This document shows, piece by piece, positions 48,432-57,790 of a stretch of DNA of 64,000 bases; position 1 is the first letter of the stretch, and each line of letters starts with the position of its first letter. This DNA is from an uncultured Bacilli bacterium (GTDB taxonomy: Bacteria; Bacillota_I; Bacilli_A; RFN20; CAG-631), in NCBI GenBank assembly GCA_947626825.1, contig CANQTM010000005.1:236-64235 (forward strand). The letters run 5' to 3'. A model generated the notes under the pieces. The model ran no database searches and was not told the DNA's origin. It saw only the letters and a list, made by a program, of their open reading frames with translations. The translations under genes were made by a program, and so were the position numbers.

Positions 48432-49385
48432 ATGGAAAAATTCAAAAAACCAGAATTTAAAATTGATGATATTAATATTGAAGAAAATCATGCTAGATTT
48501 TCAATTGAACCACTTGAAAGAGGATTTGGTACTACTTTAGGAAATGCAATTCGTAGAGTACTATTATCATCTTTACCTGGAACTGCTATGTATGCTGTTG
48601 AAATTGATGGTGTTCGCCATGAATTTTCAGCTATTAGTGGAGTAAGAGAAGATGTAACATCATTGATTCTTAACTTAAAACAAGTTAATTATGTTTCAGA
48701 AAGTTATGCATCTGATTTAGATGGAGAAATCAAATTACATGTTGTTGGACCATGTGAAGTTACTGCTAAAGACTTTATTTGTCCAAGTGGTATTAGAGTT
48801 TTAAATCCAGATGAACATATTTGTGATGTGGCTGAAGGCGGTGTATTAAATGCAACAATTTATGTTAAAACAGGTCGAGGCTATGTTTTAGCAGAAAAAA
48901 ATAAATCAGCAAAACAACCTTTTGGTACAATTCCAACAGATTCAAATTATACACCAATTAAAACAGTTGGCTATGAAGTAATTCCAACTCGTGTAGGTCA
49001 TGATAACAATTATGATAAATTAATTCTTGATGTAACTACAAATGGCGCTTTTACACCACAACAAGCAGTTGCAATTGCTTCAAGAATTCTAATTGATCAT
49101 TTAGAATTATTCGCTCAAATTGAAACATTAGCTCCAATTCCTAGTATTATGGATGAGGTTGTTGAAGAAGAAACTGATAAATTCCAAGAAATGTCAATTG
49201 AAGAATTAGATTTATCTGTTCGTTCTTATAATTGTTTAAAGAGAGCTAATATTTTAACAGTTAATGAATTAACTTTAAAAACTGAAGATGATATGATGAA
49301 AGTTCGTAACTTGGGTAAAAAATCACTTAAGGAAGTTCGTGAGAAATTAAAAACTTTAGGATTATCATTTAAAAATGCTGAATAA
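48432..49385 (+). CDS. rpoA: DNA-directed RNA polymerase subunit alpha
   Basis: 317 aa. N-terminal domain ...PLERGFGTTLGNA.RRVLLSSLPG... C-terminal domain ...IEELDLSVRSYNCLKRA.I.TV.EL... Confidence 0.97.
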   Translation: MEKFKKPEFKIDDINIEENHARFSIEPLERGFGTTLGNAIRRVLLSSLPGTAMYAVEIDGVRHEFSAISGVREDVTSLILNLKQVNYVSESYASDLDGEIKLHVVGPCEVTAKDFICPSGIRVLNPDEHICDVAEGGVLNATIYVKTGRGYVLAEKNKSAKQPFGTIPTDSNYTPIKTVGYEVIPTRVGHDNNYDKLILDVTTNGAFTPQQAVAIASRILIDHLELFAQIETLAPIPSIMDEVVEEETDKFQEMSIEELDLSVRSYNCLKRANILTVNELTLKTEDDMMKVRNLGKKSLKEVREKLKTLGLSFKNAE

Positions 49386-49406
49386 TAAAGAAAGAGGTAG
49401 AAAATT

Positions 49407-49796
49407 ATGGCTCGTAAAAAAATTCGTGGCAAAGCTGGTGTAAAATTTAAATCGCCATATACAAGTGAAAAACGTGATTCTCAATTACGTACTCTTGTAA
49501 CTCATCTTATCATTCATGAAGAAATTAAAGTAACTGATACTATGGCAAAAAGTGTAGTATCTCTTGCTTCAAAAATGGTTACTTTTGCTAAAAAAGGAGA
49601 TTTACATGCTCGTAGATTAGCCGCAAGAGTTGTTAGACCAATGATGGCAGATAGTGATAAGACTGCTTTACAAAAATTATTTGATGATTTAGGCCCTAGA
49701 TATGCTTCTAGAAATGGCGGCTATGTTAGAGTTTTAAAATTAGGTAATAGACGTGGAGATAATGCTCCAATTGTTGTTTGCCAATTAGTTAAATAA
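49407..49796 (+). CDS. rplQ: 50S ribosomal protein L17
   Basis: ...R..L.R.L...LI.HE.I.T....AK.V.... Confidence 0.95.
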   Translation: MARKKIRGKAGVKFKSPYTSEKRDSQLRTLVTHLIIHEEIKVTDTMAKSVVSLASKMVTFAKKGDLHARRLAARVVRPMMADSDKTALQKLFDDLGPRYASRNGGYVRVLKLGNRRGDNAPIVVCQLVK

Positions 49797-49810
49797 TTAA
49801 ATTATTTTAA

Positions 49811-49840
49811 GGACTCAGGAATTAAACTGAGCCTTTTCTT
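49811..49840 (+). terminator. Rho-independent terminator after rplQ
   Basis: Stem GG(A)CTCAG/CTGAGCC with one bulged A and an 8-nt loop, followed by TTTTCTTT. Confidence 0.6.
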
Positions 49841-49858
49841 TAATAAATAAGTCATTTG

Positions 49859-49867
49859 TGCTATAAT
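49859..49867 (+). promoter_or_regulatory. Extended -10 promoter (TGCTATAAT) of ecfA1-ecfA2-ecfT-truA
   Basis: TGCTATAAT lies 28 nt upstream of the TTG start. It sits inside the track's over-extended ORF, which argues against that start. Confidence 0.5.
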
Positions 49868-49894
49868 AAAACACGAAAAAAGGAGGATTTAAAG

Positions 49895-50707
49895 TTGCAA
49901 AATATTATAGAATTTAAAAATGTTACTTTTAAATATGATGATAATTCTCCTTTATTAGAAAATTTATCTTTTAATATAAAAAAAGGAACTTATAGTGTTT
50001 TACTTGGACATAATGGCTCAGGAAAATCAACTATAGCAAAATTAATAATTGGTTTATTGCCATTAAAAAATGGTCAAATTTTTGTTAATGATTTGCAATT
50101 AAATGAAGAAAACATTGATAAGATAAGAAATAATGTTGCTATTGTATTTCAAAATCCAGATAATCAATTTATTGGTTCAACTGTTGAAGATGATATAGCA
50201 TTTGGTTTAGAAAATAGGTGTGTTGAACAAGAAAAAATGCCAGAAATAATTACTAAATTTGCAACTTTAGTTTCAATGGAAAATTTTTTAAAGGCTGAAC
50301 CTAGTGCTTTATCTGGAGGTCAAAAACAAAGAGTTGCTATAGCTGGTGCTTTAGCATTAAATCCTGATTTATTAATTTTAGATGAAGCTACTAGCATGTT
50401 AGACCCAAAAGGTAAAAAAGAAATAAATGAAGTTATCTCTATTTTAAGAAAAAACAATCCAAATATGAGTATTTTATCTATCACTCATCATATGGATGAA
50501 GCAATAATTGCTGATGAAATTTTAGTATTAAATAAAGGACAAATTGTTAAGGTTGGAACGCCAAAAGATATATTATTTGATCAAAAATTATTAGAAGAAA
50601 ATAATCTTTTACCACCTTTTGTTGTAAATGTTAGAAAACAAATGTTAGATAATGGTCTTGACATCCCATTATGTTTTAGTATTGAGGAATTGGTTGATAA
50701 ATTATGA
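49895..50707 (+). CDS. ecfA1: ECF transporter ATPase component EcfA1
   Basis: Walker A GHNGSGKST, signature LSGGQKQRVAIA, Walker B LILDEATS. The TTG at 49895 is preceded by AGGAGG. Confidence 0.9.
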   Translation: MQNIIEFKNVTFKYDDNSPLLENLSFNIKKGTYSVLLGHNGSGKSTIAKLIIGLLPLKNGQIFVNDLQLNEENIDKIRNNVAIVFQNPDNQFIGSTVEDDIAFGLENRCVEQEKMPEIITKFATLVSMENFLKAEPSALSGGQKQRVAIAGALALNPDLLILDEATSMLDPKGKKEINEVISILRKNNPNMSILSITHHMDEAIIADEILVLNKGQIVKVGTPKDILFDQKLLEENNLLPPFVVNVRKQMLDNGLDIPLCFSIEELVDKL

Positions 50708-51564
50708 ATATAGAAACAAAAAATTTATCATATAGTTATGATACTAGTAAAAAGAAAACAAATTTTGCTTTAAAAGATGTCAATGTTAAAATAGATAATC
50801 AAGAATTTTTGGCAATTATTGGTCCAACAGGAAGTGGCAAATCAACCTTTATTCAAAATCTAAACGCTCTTTTGTTACCAACAATTGGTGAAGTTGTAGT
50901 AGATGAATATATTATCAAAAACAAAATTAAAATAAAAAACATTAAGCAACTTCGTAAAAAAATAGGAATTGTTTTTCAATTTCCAGAATACCAATTATTT
51001 GAAGAAACAGTAGAAAAAGATATTTTATTTGGCCCAAAAAATTTTAATTTAGTTAATAAAAATAATGATTTAAAAGAAATGGCCACTAAAGTATTAGATA
51101 TTGTCGGTTTAAATGCAAGCTATTTAAACAAAGCTCCATTTGAATTGTCGGGCGGAGAAAAAAGAAAAGTAGCAATTGCCGGCATTTTAGCATTTGAACC
51201 TGATGTTTTGATAGTTGATGAACCAACAGCTGGTCTTGATCCTATTGCCGCAAATAATATGATGAATTTATTTTACAAATTGCACAATTTAGGGAAAACA
51301 ATAATTTTAGTAACTCATCAAATGGAACATGTTTTAGAATATGCAAATAGAGTAATTGTTTTTAATGATGGAACATTATCATATGATGGTAAACCTTGGG
51401 ATTTATTTTCTAATTTAGAATTAGTTAAAAAATTAAATATAGATGTTCCTAATATTATTAAATTATATAATTTAACATGTAAAAAATATCCTAAATTAGC
51501 AAATTATAAAGTTACAAATATTACTGAATTTATCAAATATTATAAGGAAGTGATGGCACTATGA
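50704..51564 (+). CDS. ecfA2: ECF transporter ATPase component EcfA2
   Basis: Walker A GPTGSGKST, signature LSGGEKRKVAIA, Walker B LIVDEPTAGLD. Confidence 0.9.
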   Translation: MNIETKNLSYSYDTSKKKTNFALKDVNVKIDNQEFLAIIGPTGSGKSTFIQNLNALLLPTIGEVVVDEYIIKNKIKIKNIKQLRKKIGIVFQFPEYQLFEETVEKDILFGPKNFNLVNKNNDLKEMATKVLDIVGLNASYLNKAPFELSGGEKRKVAIAGILAFEPDVLIVDEPTAGLDPIAANNMMNLFYKLHNLGKTIILVTHQMEHVLEYANRVIVFNDGTLSYDGKPWDLFSNLELVKKLNIDVPNIIKLYNLTCKKYPKLANYKVTNITEFIKYYKEVMAL

Positions 51565-52472
51565 CACTTGGAAAATATGTAAATGCCAACACTTTTCTTC
51601 ATCGACTAGATCCAAGAAATAAATTTATTTTATTATTTGTATTTATGGTTTTAATATTTCTTATTAATCCATCAAGAAATAATTTTATGGTTTTTGGATG
51701 GATGAGTTATTTATTAATAACAGTCTTTTTAATTGTTTTATATAAAATAGCTAAATTGAAATTATCTTTAATTTTTAAATCTTTAAAACCCATGTGGATG
51801 ATGATGTTTTTTTTACTAATTATTAATATTTTTATTAATAAAGAAGGTACTTTGTTATTTGAATGGTGGATCTTTAAAATTCATTTAGGTGCTATTTTAC
51901 AAACATTAAAGATATTTATCCGATTAGCTTTATTAATAATGTTATCAACATTATTTACTGCAACAACAAAACCATTAGATATCACTATTGCTATTGATGA
52001 TTTATTTGGATGGTTAAAAATTTTTAAAATAAATGTTCACATTTTTTCAATGACAGTTTCTATTGCTTTGCGTTTTATTCCAACTATTTTAGATGAAACA
52101 TATAGAATTATGAAAGCCCAATCATCTAGAGGTGTAGATTTTAAATATGGAAAATTTAAAGAAAAAATTGTTGCAATTATTTCATTAATTATTCCATTAT
52201 TTATGAGTGCTTTGACAAGAAGTGATGAACTTGCTAATGCAATGGAAGCTAGAAATTATAATCCTTTAGCAAAAAGAACTAGATTTCATAAATTGAATTG
52301 GCATTTTTCTGATACTTTTACTTTATTATTTTCAATTTTATTACTTGCATTAGAAATCACTTCTATAATTTTAATTAAGCAAAATGTTATTAGTTATGTT
52401 TTAAGTGATTTGTGGTGGCAAAATCTTTGGAATGATATGATTAATTGGTTTAAAGGATGGACAATTTTATGA
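51561..52472 (+). CDS. ecfT: ECF transporter transmembrane component EcfT
   Basis: 303 aa, polytopic, with ...HRLDPR.K... at the N-terminus and the ARG-type coupling helices ...M.AQSSRG... / ...A.AMEARNY... It follows ecfA1 and ecfA2. Confidence 0.88.
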   Translation: MTLGKYVNANTFLHRLDPRNKFILLFVFMVLIFLINPSRNNFMVFGWMSYLLITVFLIVLYKIAKLKLSLIFKSLKPMWMMMFFLLIINIFINKEGTLLFEWWIFKIHLGAILQTLKIFIRLALLIMLSTLFTATTKPLDITIAIDDLFGWLKIFKINVHIFSMTVSIALRFIPTILDETYRIMKAQSSRGVDFKYGKFKEKIVAIISLIIPLFMSALTRSDELANAMEARNYNPLAKRTRFHKLNWHFSDTFTLLFSILLLALEITSIILIKQNVISYVLSDLWWQNLWNDMINWFKGWTIL

Positions 52473-53206
52473 AATATAAATGCATTCTTAGTTATGATGG
52501 GTATTCATATAATGGTTATCAAAAACAAAAACATGATAAAAATACCATACAAGAAGTAGTAGAAAATGCGTTGTCTAGGTTATTTAAAGAAAAAATAGAT
52601 ATTTTTGCTAGTGGTAGAACAGATAAAAAAGTTCATGCCTTAGGACAAGTTTTTCATTTTGAAAGTAAAAATCTTATTCCTCTTAATAATTTGAAAAAAG
52701 CTATTAATGAATTATTACCAAATGACATTAGCATAAAAAAGGTTAATTTTGCGAAAGATAATTTTCATGCAAGATATAGTGTTAAAAAGAAAATTTATGT
52801 TTATAAAATCAAATATGGAAAAGAAAAAAATGTTTTTGATAATCGTTATTATGCTTATGTTAATAAAAATTTAAATTTAAAATTATTAGAAGAAAATAGT
52901 CAATTGTTTGTTGGTGAACATGATTTTAAAAATTTTACAACTAATAAAAAAGATGAAGTTGTTTCATTTATAAAAACTATTTATTATGTTAAAGTAAAGA
53001 TGACAAAAAATAAAATCACAATTGAATTTTGTGGCTCTGGTTTCTTAAGGTATCAAGTTAGAATGATGGTTGGCGCTTTATTTGCCATTGCAAGTGGTCA
53101 AGAAAATAAAGAATTTATAAATCATCTTCTTGAAAATAATGTTGACAATAGATGTTCATATAAAGCTAAACCTGAAGGTTTATATTTAAAAAAAGTTATT
53201 TATTAG
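52469..53206 (+). CDS. truA: tRNA pseudouridine(38-40) synthase
   Basis: MKYKCILSYDG..Y.G.Q.Q... and ASGRTDKKVHALGQV.HF are present. The ATG at 52469 overlaps the ecfT stop. Confidence 0.92.
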   Translation: MKYKCILSYDGYSYNGYQKQKHDKNTIQEVVENALSRLFKEKIDIFASGRTDKKVHALGQVFHFESKNLIPLNNLKKAINELLPNDISIKKVNFAKDNFHARYSVKKKIYVYKIKYGKEKNVFDNRYYAYVNKNLNLKLLEENSQLFVGEHDFKNFTTNKKDEVVSFIKTIYYVKVKMTKNKITIEFCGSGFLRYQVRMMVGALFAIASGQENKEFINHLLENNVDNRCSYKAKPEGLYLKKVIY

Positions 53207-53222
53207 GGGTAAGTGATAAATT

Positions 53223-54614
53223 ATGAATTATAAATATTTCTTTTTTGATTTTGATGGTATGTTATGTGATTCATATGATCATATAACAACGGCCTTTGTT
53301 AATACTATCAAACAAGTACGTAATATAAATATTAATTATCAAGAAGCTTATGATTTATTTAAAATAAATTTTGAAGAAGTTTTTAAATATTATAAAGTCT
53401 TAGATTATGAAGAAAAAATTTTTAATAGTTATTATCAAGATATAAATTATTATCCAAAAGCACAATTATATTTACCTATTAAAAATCTTTTAAAAAATAT
53501 TATTGCTAGTGGTGGAAAAAATTTTATATATACTAATAGAGGAACTACTCTTTATGAATATTTAAAAGAATTTCAAATTTCTGATTTATTTACAGACATA
53601 ATTATTAATGCTAACAAACCAGATCCTAAAATTTTATTAGATATGATTGATAAACATCATTTAAATAAAGAAGAATGTGTTGTTGTAGGAGATCGTTTTT
53701 TAGATGTTGAAGGAGCCTATAATGCTAAAATTGCTGGCATTTTATATGATGAAGAATCAAAAATATTTTTTCATCATGCCACATATGTTATAAAAAAGAT
53801 TAATCAATTATATAATTTTATTGATATGCCATATAAAATAAAAAATAATTATCATACTCATACAACTAGATGCAATCATGCTATAGGTAGTGATGAAGAA
53901 TATGTTATTGAAGCTATAAAGACAGGATATCAAACATTAGGATTTAGTGATCATTTAATGATTCCAAATATTAATTTAAATTATGAATATTTTGATTCAA
54001 TAGCTTTGCTTAAAGAAAAATATAGAAATCAAATTGATATTAAAATTGCTTTGGAAGTAGAATATTATCCTTATTATATACCATTTTATCAAAAACTAAT
54101 TGCTGAACATAAAGTTGATTATTTAATTTTTGGCAATCATGGAACAATGGCTGAAAATGAAACGACACGTCCAGAAAAAATATGTTTTATTAATGAATTT
54201 AATGATGATTATTATTTAGATCTTTATTTTGATTGTCTTTCTAAAGCTGTAAATACTCATTTATTTAAATATATTGCTCACCCTGATTGTTTTTTAAAAG
54301 GTTATGGTAAATGGAATGAAAAAGCTATTGCTTTAACTCATAAAATAGCAAAATTGTTACAAGACAATCATTTATATGCTGAATTATCAGGTTCAGGATA
54401 TCGTAGTCGTAAAAAAGTATTTTATAATGGAGAATATTATCCACCATATCCTTTTAAAGAATTCTTTAAAATATTGAAAGAATATGATATAAAATTTGTT
54501 TTAGGTTGTGATGCTCATGCTCCAGAACAATTACATGATGAAGCAGTAGAATATATTTGTAGTTTAGCTAAGGAATTAAATTTAGATGTAGTATATGAAT
54601 TAAAAGATTTATAG
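53223..54614 (+). CDS. Fusion protein: HAD-superfamily phosphatase + PHP-domain (HisJ-type histidinol-phosphatase-like) hydrolase
   Basis: The N-terminal ~200 aa carry HAD motifs (FFFDFDGML motif I, ...YTNR..., VVGDR..DVEGA). The C-terminal ~260 aa form a PHP domain (NNYHTHTTRCNHA..., GFSDH, FGNHG, IAHPD, GCDAH). Confidence 0.75.
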   Translation: MNYKYFFFDFDGMLCDSYDHITTAFVNTIKQVRNININYQEAYDLFKINFEEVFKYYKVLDYEEKIFNSYYQDINYYPKAQLYLPIKNLLKNIIASGGKNFIYTNRGTTLYEYLKEFQISDLFTDIIINANKPDPKILLDMIDKHHLNKEECVVVGDRFLDVEGAYNAKIAGILYDEESKIFFHHATYVIKKINQLYNFIDMPYKIKNNYHTHTTRCNHAIGSDEEYVIEAIKTGYQTLGFSDHLMIPNINLNYEYFDSIALLKEKYRNQIDIKIALEVEYYPYYIPFYQKLIAEHKVDYLIFGNHGTMAENETTRPEKICFINEFNDDYYLDLYFDCLSKAVNTHLFKYIAHPDCFLKGYGKWNEKAIALTHKIAKLLQDNHLYAELSGSGYRSRKKVFYNGEYYPPYPFKEFFKILKEYDIKFVLGCDAHAPEQLHDEAVEYICSLAKELNLDVVYELKDL

Positions 54615-54629
54615 GAGGATATCTGTTAT

Positions 54630-55706
54630 ATGGATAAAATAATGCTTGATCGATTAGAAACAATTCATGCTAGATATGAACAAATTCAAAATGATTTACA
54701 AAATGATGAAATTATTTCAAATTTAAAAAAATATACTGAACTATCTAAAGAAGCACGCCAACTTGAAGAGGTTAATAAAACATTTTTAGAATATAAAAAT
54801 ACACAAAAAAATTTAGAAGAAGCTAAAGAATTATTAAATGAAGATGATCCAGAGATGGTTTTAATGGCTAAAAACGAAATAGAAGAAGCTAATAAATTAA
54901 TATCTGAATTAGAAGAAAAATTAAAAATATTACTTTTACCTAAAGATCCTAATGATGAAAAAAATGTTATTATGGAAATTCGTGGTGCAGCAGGTGGCGA
55001 TGAAGGAAATATTTTTGCTGGCGATTTGTTTAGAATGTATTCACGTTATGCTGAACAATGTGGTTATAAGATTGAAATTAATGATTCAAATGAAACTGAA
55101 TTTGGTGGATATTCTTTAATTTCATTTATGATTATAGGTGAAGGAGCCTATTCTAAATTTAAATATGAATCTGGAGCTCATAGAGTTCAAAGAGTTCCAA
55201 AAACAGAAGCACAAGGAAGAATTCATACCTCAACAGCTACAGTTTTAGTTATGCCTGAAGTTGATTTAAGCAATACGGAAATGAAAATGGAAGATGTTAC
55301 TATTGAAGTATATCGTTCAAGTGGGGCAGGAGGCCAACATATTAATAAAACTGAATCTGCTGTTCGTTGTATTCATAATCCAACAGGTATAGTTGTCGCT
55401 TGTCAAGATGGAAGAAGTCAACATGCTAATAAAGAAAAAGCTTTGCAAATTTTAGCAGCAAAAGTTCATGACTATTATGTTTCTGAAGTTGAAGAAAAAT
55501 ATGGTCAAGAAAGAAAACTTAAAATTGGTTCAGGAGAACGTAGTGAAAAAATAAGAACATATAACTATCCACAAAATAGAGTAACTGATCATAGAATAGG
55601 TTTTACAATTCAGAAACTTGATCGTGTCATAGAAGGTGATCTTCAAGAAATTATTGATGCCTTAATCAATGAAGAACAAAAAGAAAAATTAGAGGCTGAA
55701 ATGTAA
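54630..55706 (+). CDS. prfA: Peptide chain release factor 1
   Basis: The GGQ motif (SSGAGGQHINKTESAVR) is present. I could not locate the canonical PxT tripeptide by eye. The 358-aa length and the adjacent prmC support the RF1 call. Confidence 0.93.
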   Translation: MDKIMLDRLETIHARYEQIQNDLQNDEIISNLKKYTELSKEARQLEEVNKTFLEYKNTQKNLEEAKELLNEDDPEMVLMAKNEIEEANKLISELEEKLKILLLPKDPNDEKNVIMEIRGAAGGDEGNIFAGDLFRMYSRYAEQCGYKIEINDSNETEFGGYSLISFMIIGEGAYSKFKYESGAHRVQRVPKTEAQGRIHTSTATVLVMPEVDLSNTEMKMEDVTIEVYRSSGAGGQHINKTESAVRCIHNPTGIVVACQDGRSQHANKEKALQILAAKVHDYYVSEVEEKYGQERKLKIGSGERSEKIRTYNYPQNRVTDHRIGFTIQKLDRVIEGDLQEIIDALINEEQKEKLEAEM

Positions 55707-56545
55707 TGACAACTTATGCAAAGTTAGTTAAAAATTTAGAAAAAAAAGTTAAAGAAGCCAATAAAGAAATAAATGTTGTTAAATGGCTTTTTTATAATAG
55801 TGACTTTTTTTGTGGTTATCAAAATCTAAATACAGAAGCATCACTTGAAGATATAAATAAATTAGAAATTATGGTAAATCATTATCTTTATGATAATATG
55901 CCTCCTCAATATATTTTAAATAAGGCTTTTTTCTTTAACTATACTTTTTATGTCGATGATGGATGTTTTATTCCACGTTATGAAACAGAACAATTAGTTG
56001 AAGAAACATTGTATCGAATTGATGATAGATTTTTAAATAAAAATATTGATATTGCTGATGTATGTTGTGGTTGTGGTGCTATTGGCATTACTTTAAAAAA
56101 AGAAGTTCTAAATTCTAATGTATTTATGTGTGACATTTCAAATTCAGCAATTGAAATTACTAAGAAAAACGCTTTAAATTTAAATGCTGATGTCGAAGTC
56201 GTTCAAGGTGATTTTATTCAACCAATTTTACAAAATTCTAAACAATTTGATGTAATTGTTTGTAACCCTCCATATATTAAAAATTCGGAAAAATTGGAAT
56301 CTATTGTGGTTGATAATGAACCTAATATTGCTTTATTTGGAGGAATTGATGGATTAGATTTTTATCGTATAATCTTCAAAAATTTTGATAAAATAATAAA
56401 AAGCCATGGCTTTATGGCTTTTGAATTTGGTTATGATCAAAGAAAATTATTAGAAAAATTAATTAATGAAAGTTTACCTTATAAATATGAATTCTTAAAA
56501 GATTATAATAATCTTGATAGAATGTTATTTATATATAAAGATTAA
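55706..56545 (+). CDS. prmC: Release-factor glutamine N5-methyltransferase
   Basis: The SAM motif DVCCGCGAIG and the catalytic VCNPPYI are present. It is coupled to prfA through an ATGTAATG overlap. Confidence 0.9.
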   Translation: MTTYAKLVKNLEKKVKEANKEINVVKWLFYNSDFFCGYQNLNTEASLEDINKLEIMVNHYLYDNMPPQYILNKAFFFNYTFYVDDGCFIPRYETEQLVEETLYRIDDRFLNKNIDIADVCCGCGAIGITLKKEVLNSNVFMCDISNSAIEITKKNALNLNADVEVVQGDFIQPILQNSKQFDVIVCNPPYIKNSEKLESIVVDNEPNIALFGGIDGLDFYRIIFKNFDKIIKSHGFMAFEFGYDQRKLLEKLINESLPYKYEFLKDYNNLDRMLFIYKD

Positions 56546-56793
56546 TAATTTCTTTTGTTATTGTTTTTTCGATTTTCAATGACTTGATCTTGTGATGCTT
56601 TTGATAACATGAATTGACCAATTGATTCAAAAAAGTTACCTAATGAATTTACTTGATCTATTGTTAAATTTTGACTTATAACAAATCCAATAATTGAAGA
56701 TAAAATGGCAAATTCATTGCCATTAAAGGAAAAAAGATAGTCTGAAAGACTTTTATAATCATTATTAACAAATTGATTCATTGAATCATTCAA
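56542..56793 (-). CDS. Hypothetical small protein
   Basis: 83 aa with a TTG start (AAGGAAG SD) or an internal ATG at 56781. There is one central hydrophobic segment. Its stop codon overlaps the prmC stop on the opposite strand. Confidence 0.35.
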   Translation of the reverse strand: MNDSMNQFVNNDYKSLSDYLFSFNGNEFAILSSIIGFVISQNLTIDQVNSLGNFFESIGQFMLSKASQDQVIENRKNNNKRNY

Positions 56794-56820
56794 AGTAATC
56801 TTCCTTTATTAAAACAAAAA

Positions 56821-56829
56821 TGGTATAAT
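56821..56829 (+). promoter_or_regulatory. Extended -10 promoter (TGGTATAAT) for the 78-aa ORF
   Basis: TGGTATAAT lies 28 nt upstream of the ATG at 56857. An AAAGGTGA SD is present. Confidence 0.5.
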
Positions 56830-56856
56830 AAAAAAAACAAAAAAAGGTGAACACAA

Positions 56857-57093
56857 ATGGAATTAGAAAATAAAAAATATTTTGAATTGAATAGTGAAGA
56901 AAGAAAACAAAGAAACAAAGAAAATTGGCAAAAAGCCAAACCTATAGTAAAAAGAGTTGTTATTACAACATTTTGTGTAGCAATTTGTTTGATTATGGTT
57001 ATAGGCTTACTATATAATATATTTAGAGATAAAAATCAAAATAATAGTGAATCAACTCATAATCATGAAGCTATAGTTTTAGATATTAATTAA
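56857..57093 (+). CDS. Hypothetical single-pass membrane protein
   Basis: 78 aa with a charged N-terminus, one TM helix (VVITTFCVAICLIMVIGLLY) and a polar tail. It has its own promoter, SD and terminator. Confidence 0.5.
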   Translation: MELENKKYFELNSEERKQRNKENWQKAKPIVKRVVITTFCVAICLIMVIGLLYNIFRDKNQNNSESTHNHEAIVLDIN

Positions 57094-57113
57094 GCAGTCT
57101 AACTGCTTTTTTT
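57093..57113 (+). terminator. Terminator of the 78-aa ORF, overlapping the clpP 3' end
   Basis: Stem AGCAGT/ACTGCT with a 3-nt loop, followed by TTTTTTT. Confidence 0.5.
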
Positions 57114-57683
57114 AATGACTTTATCAATGATTCCATATTCAAGTGCTTCATTGGCATCCATAAAATAATCTCGTTCAGTATCTTCTTTAATTTTGTTATA
57201 AGGTTGATTTGTATTAAAAGATAAAATGTGATTTAATTTTTCTTTTAATTTTAATATTCTTTTGGCGGCTATATCTATATCACTTGCTACACCACTAACG
57301 CCACCGCTAGGTTGGTGAATCATTATTTCTGAATTTTCTAAGGCAAAACGTTTACCTTTTGTACCACCTGCTAGCAAAAATGCTCCCATAGAAGCTGCAA
57401 GACCAACGCAAATAGTTACTACATCACAATTAATATATTTCATAGTATCATAAATTGCCATTCCACTAGTTATAGAACCACCGACACTATTAATATATAA
57501 TTGAATGTCTTTTCCTGGTTCTTTACTTGATAAATATAATAATTGGGCAATTGTATTTGAAGCAACAATATCATCTATTTCGCCGGTCAACATAATAATT
57601 CTTTCTTTTAATAATAATGAATAAACATCATAATGTCTTTCGCCATCATGACTAACTTCAATAACTGTTGGTATATAATTCAT
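57099..57683 (-). CDS. clpP: ATP-dependent Clp protease proteolytic subunit
   Basis: MNYIPTVIE....GER.YD.YS.LLK.RII.L... with the catalytic Ser in [14 protein letters not shown] and His in MIHQP. Confidence 0.97.
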   Translation of the reverse strand: MNYIPTVIEVSHDGERHYDVYSLLLKERIIMLTGEIDDIVASNTIAQLLYLSSKEPGKDIQLYINSVGGSITSGMAIYDTMKYINCDVVTICVGLAASMGAFLLAGGTKGKRFALENSEIMIHQPSGGVSGVASDIDIAAKRILKLKEKLNHILSFNTNQPYNKIKEDTERDYFMDANEALEYGIIDKVIKKSS

Positions 57684-57691
57684 AATTTTAA

Positions 57692-57723
57692 GTATAATTA
57701 AAAATTAATTATACAGTCCTCCT
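57692..57723 (-). promoter_or_regulatory. clpP 5' region: AGGAGG followed by a perfect 10-bp hairpin (also contains a TATAAT)
   Basis: The minus strand reads AGGAGG-ACT-GTATAATTAA-TTT-TTAATTATAC-TTAAAATT-ATG. The SD-like box is 34 nt from the ATG. The hairpin accounts for 23 of those nt. Confidence 0.45.
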
Positions 57724-57790
57724 AAAGTAAAGTATGCCCAAGTATAAATTTTTATACATTTTTTATAAGTTGTATTTTACTAACCTAAAG

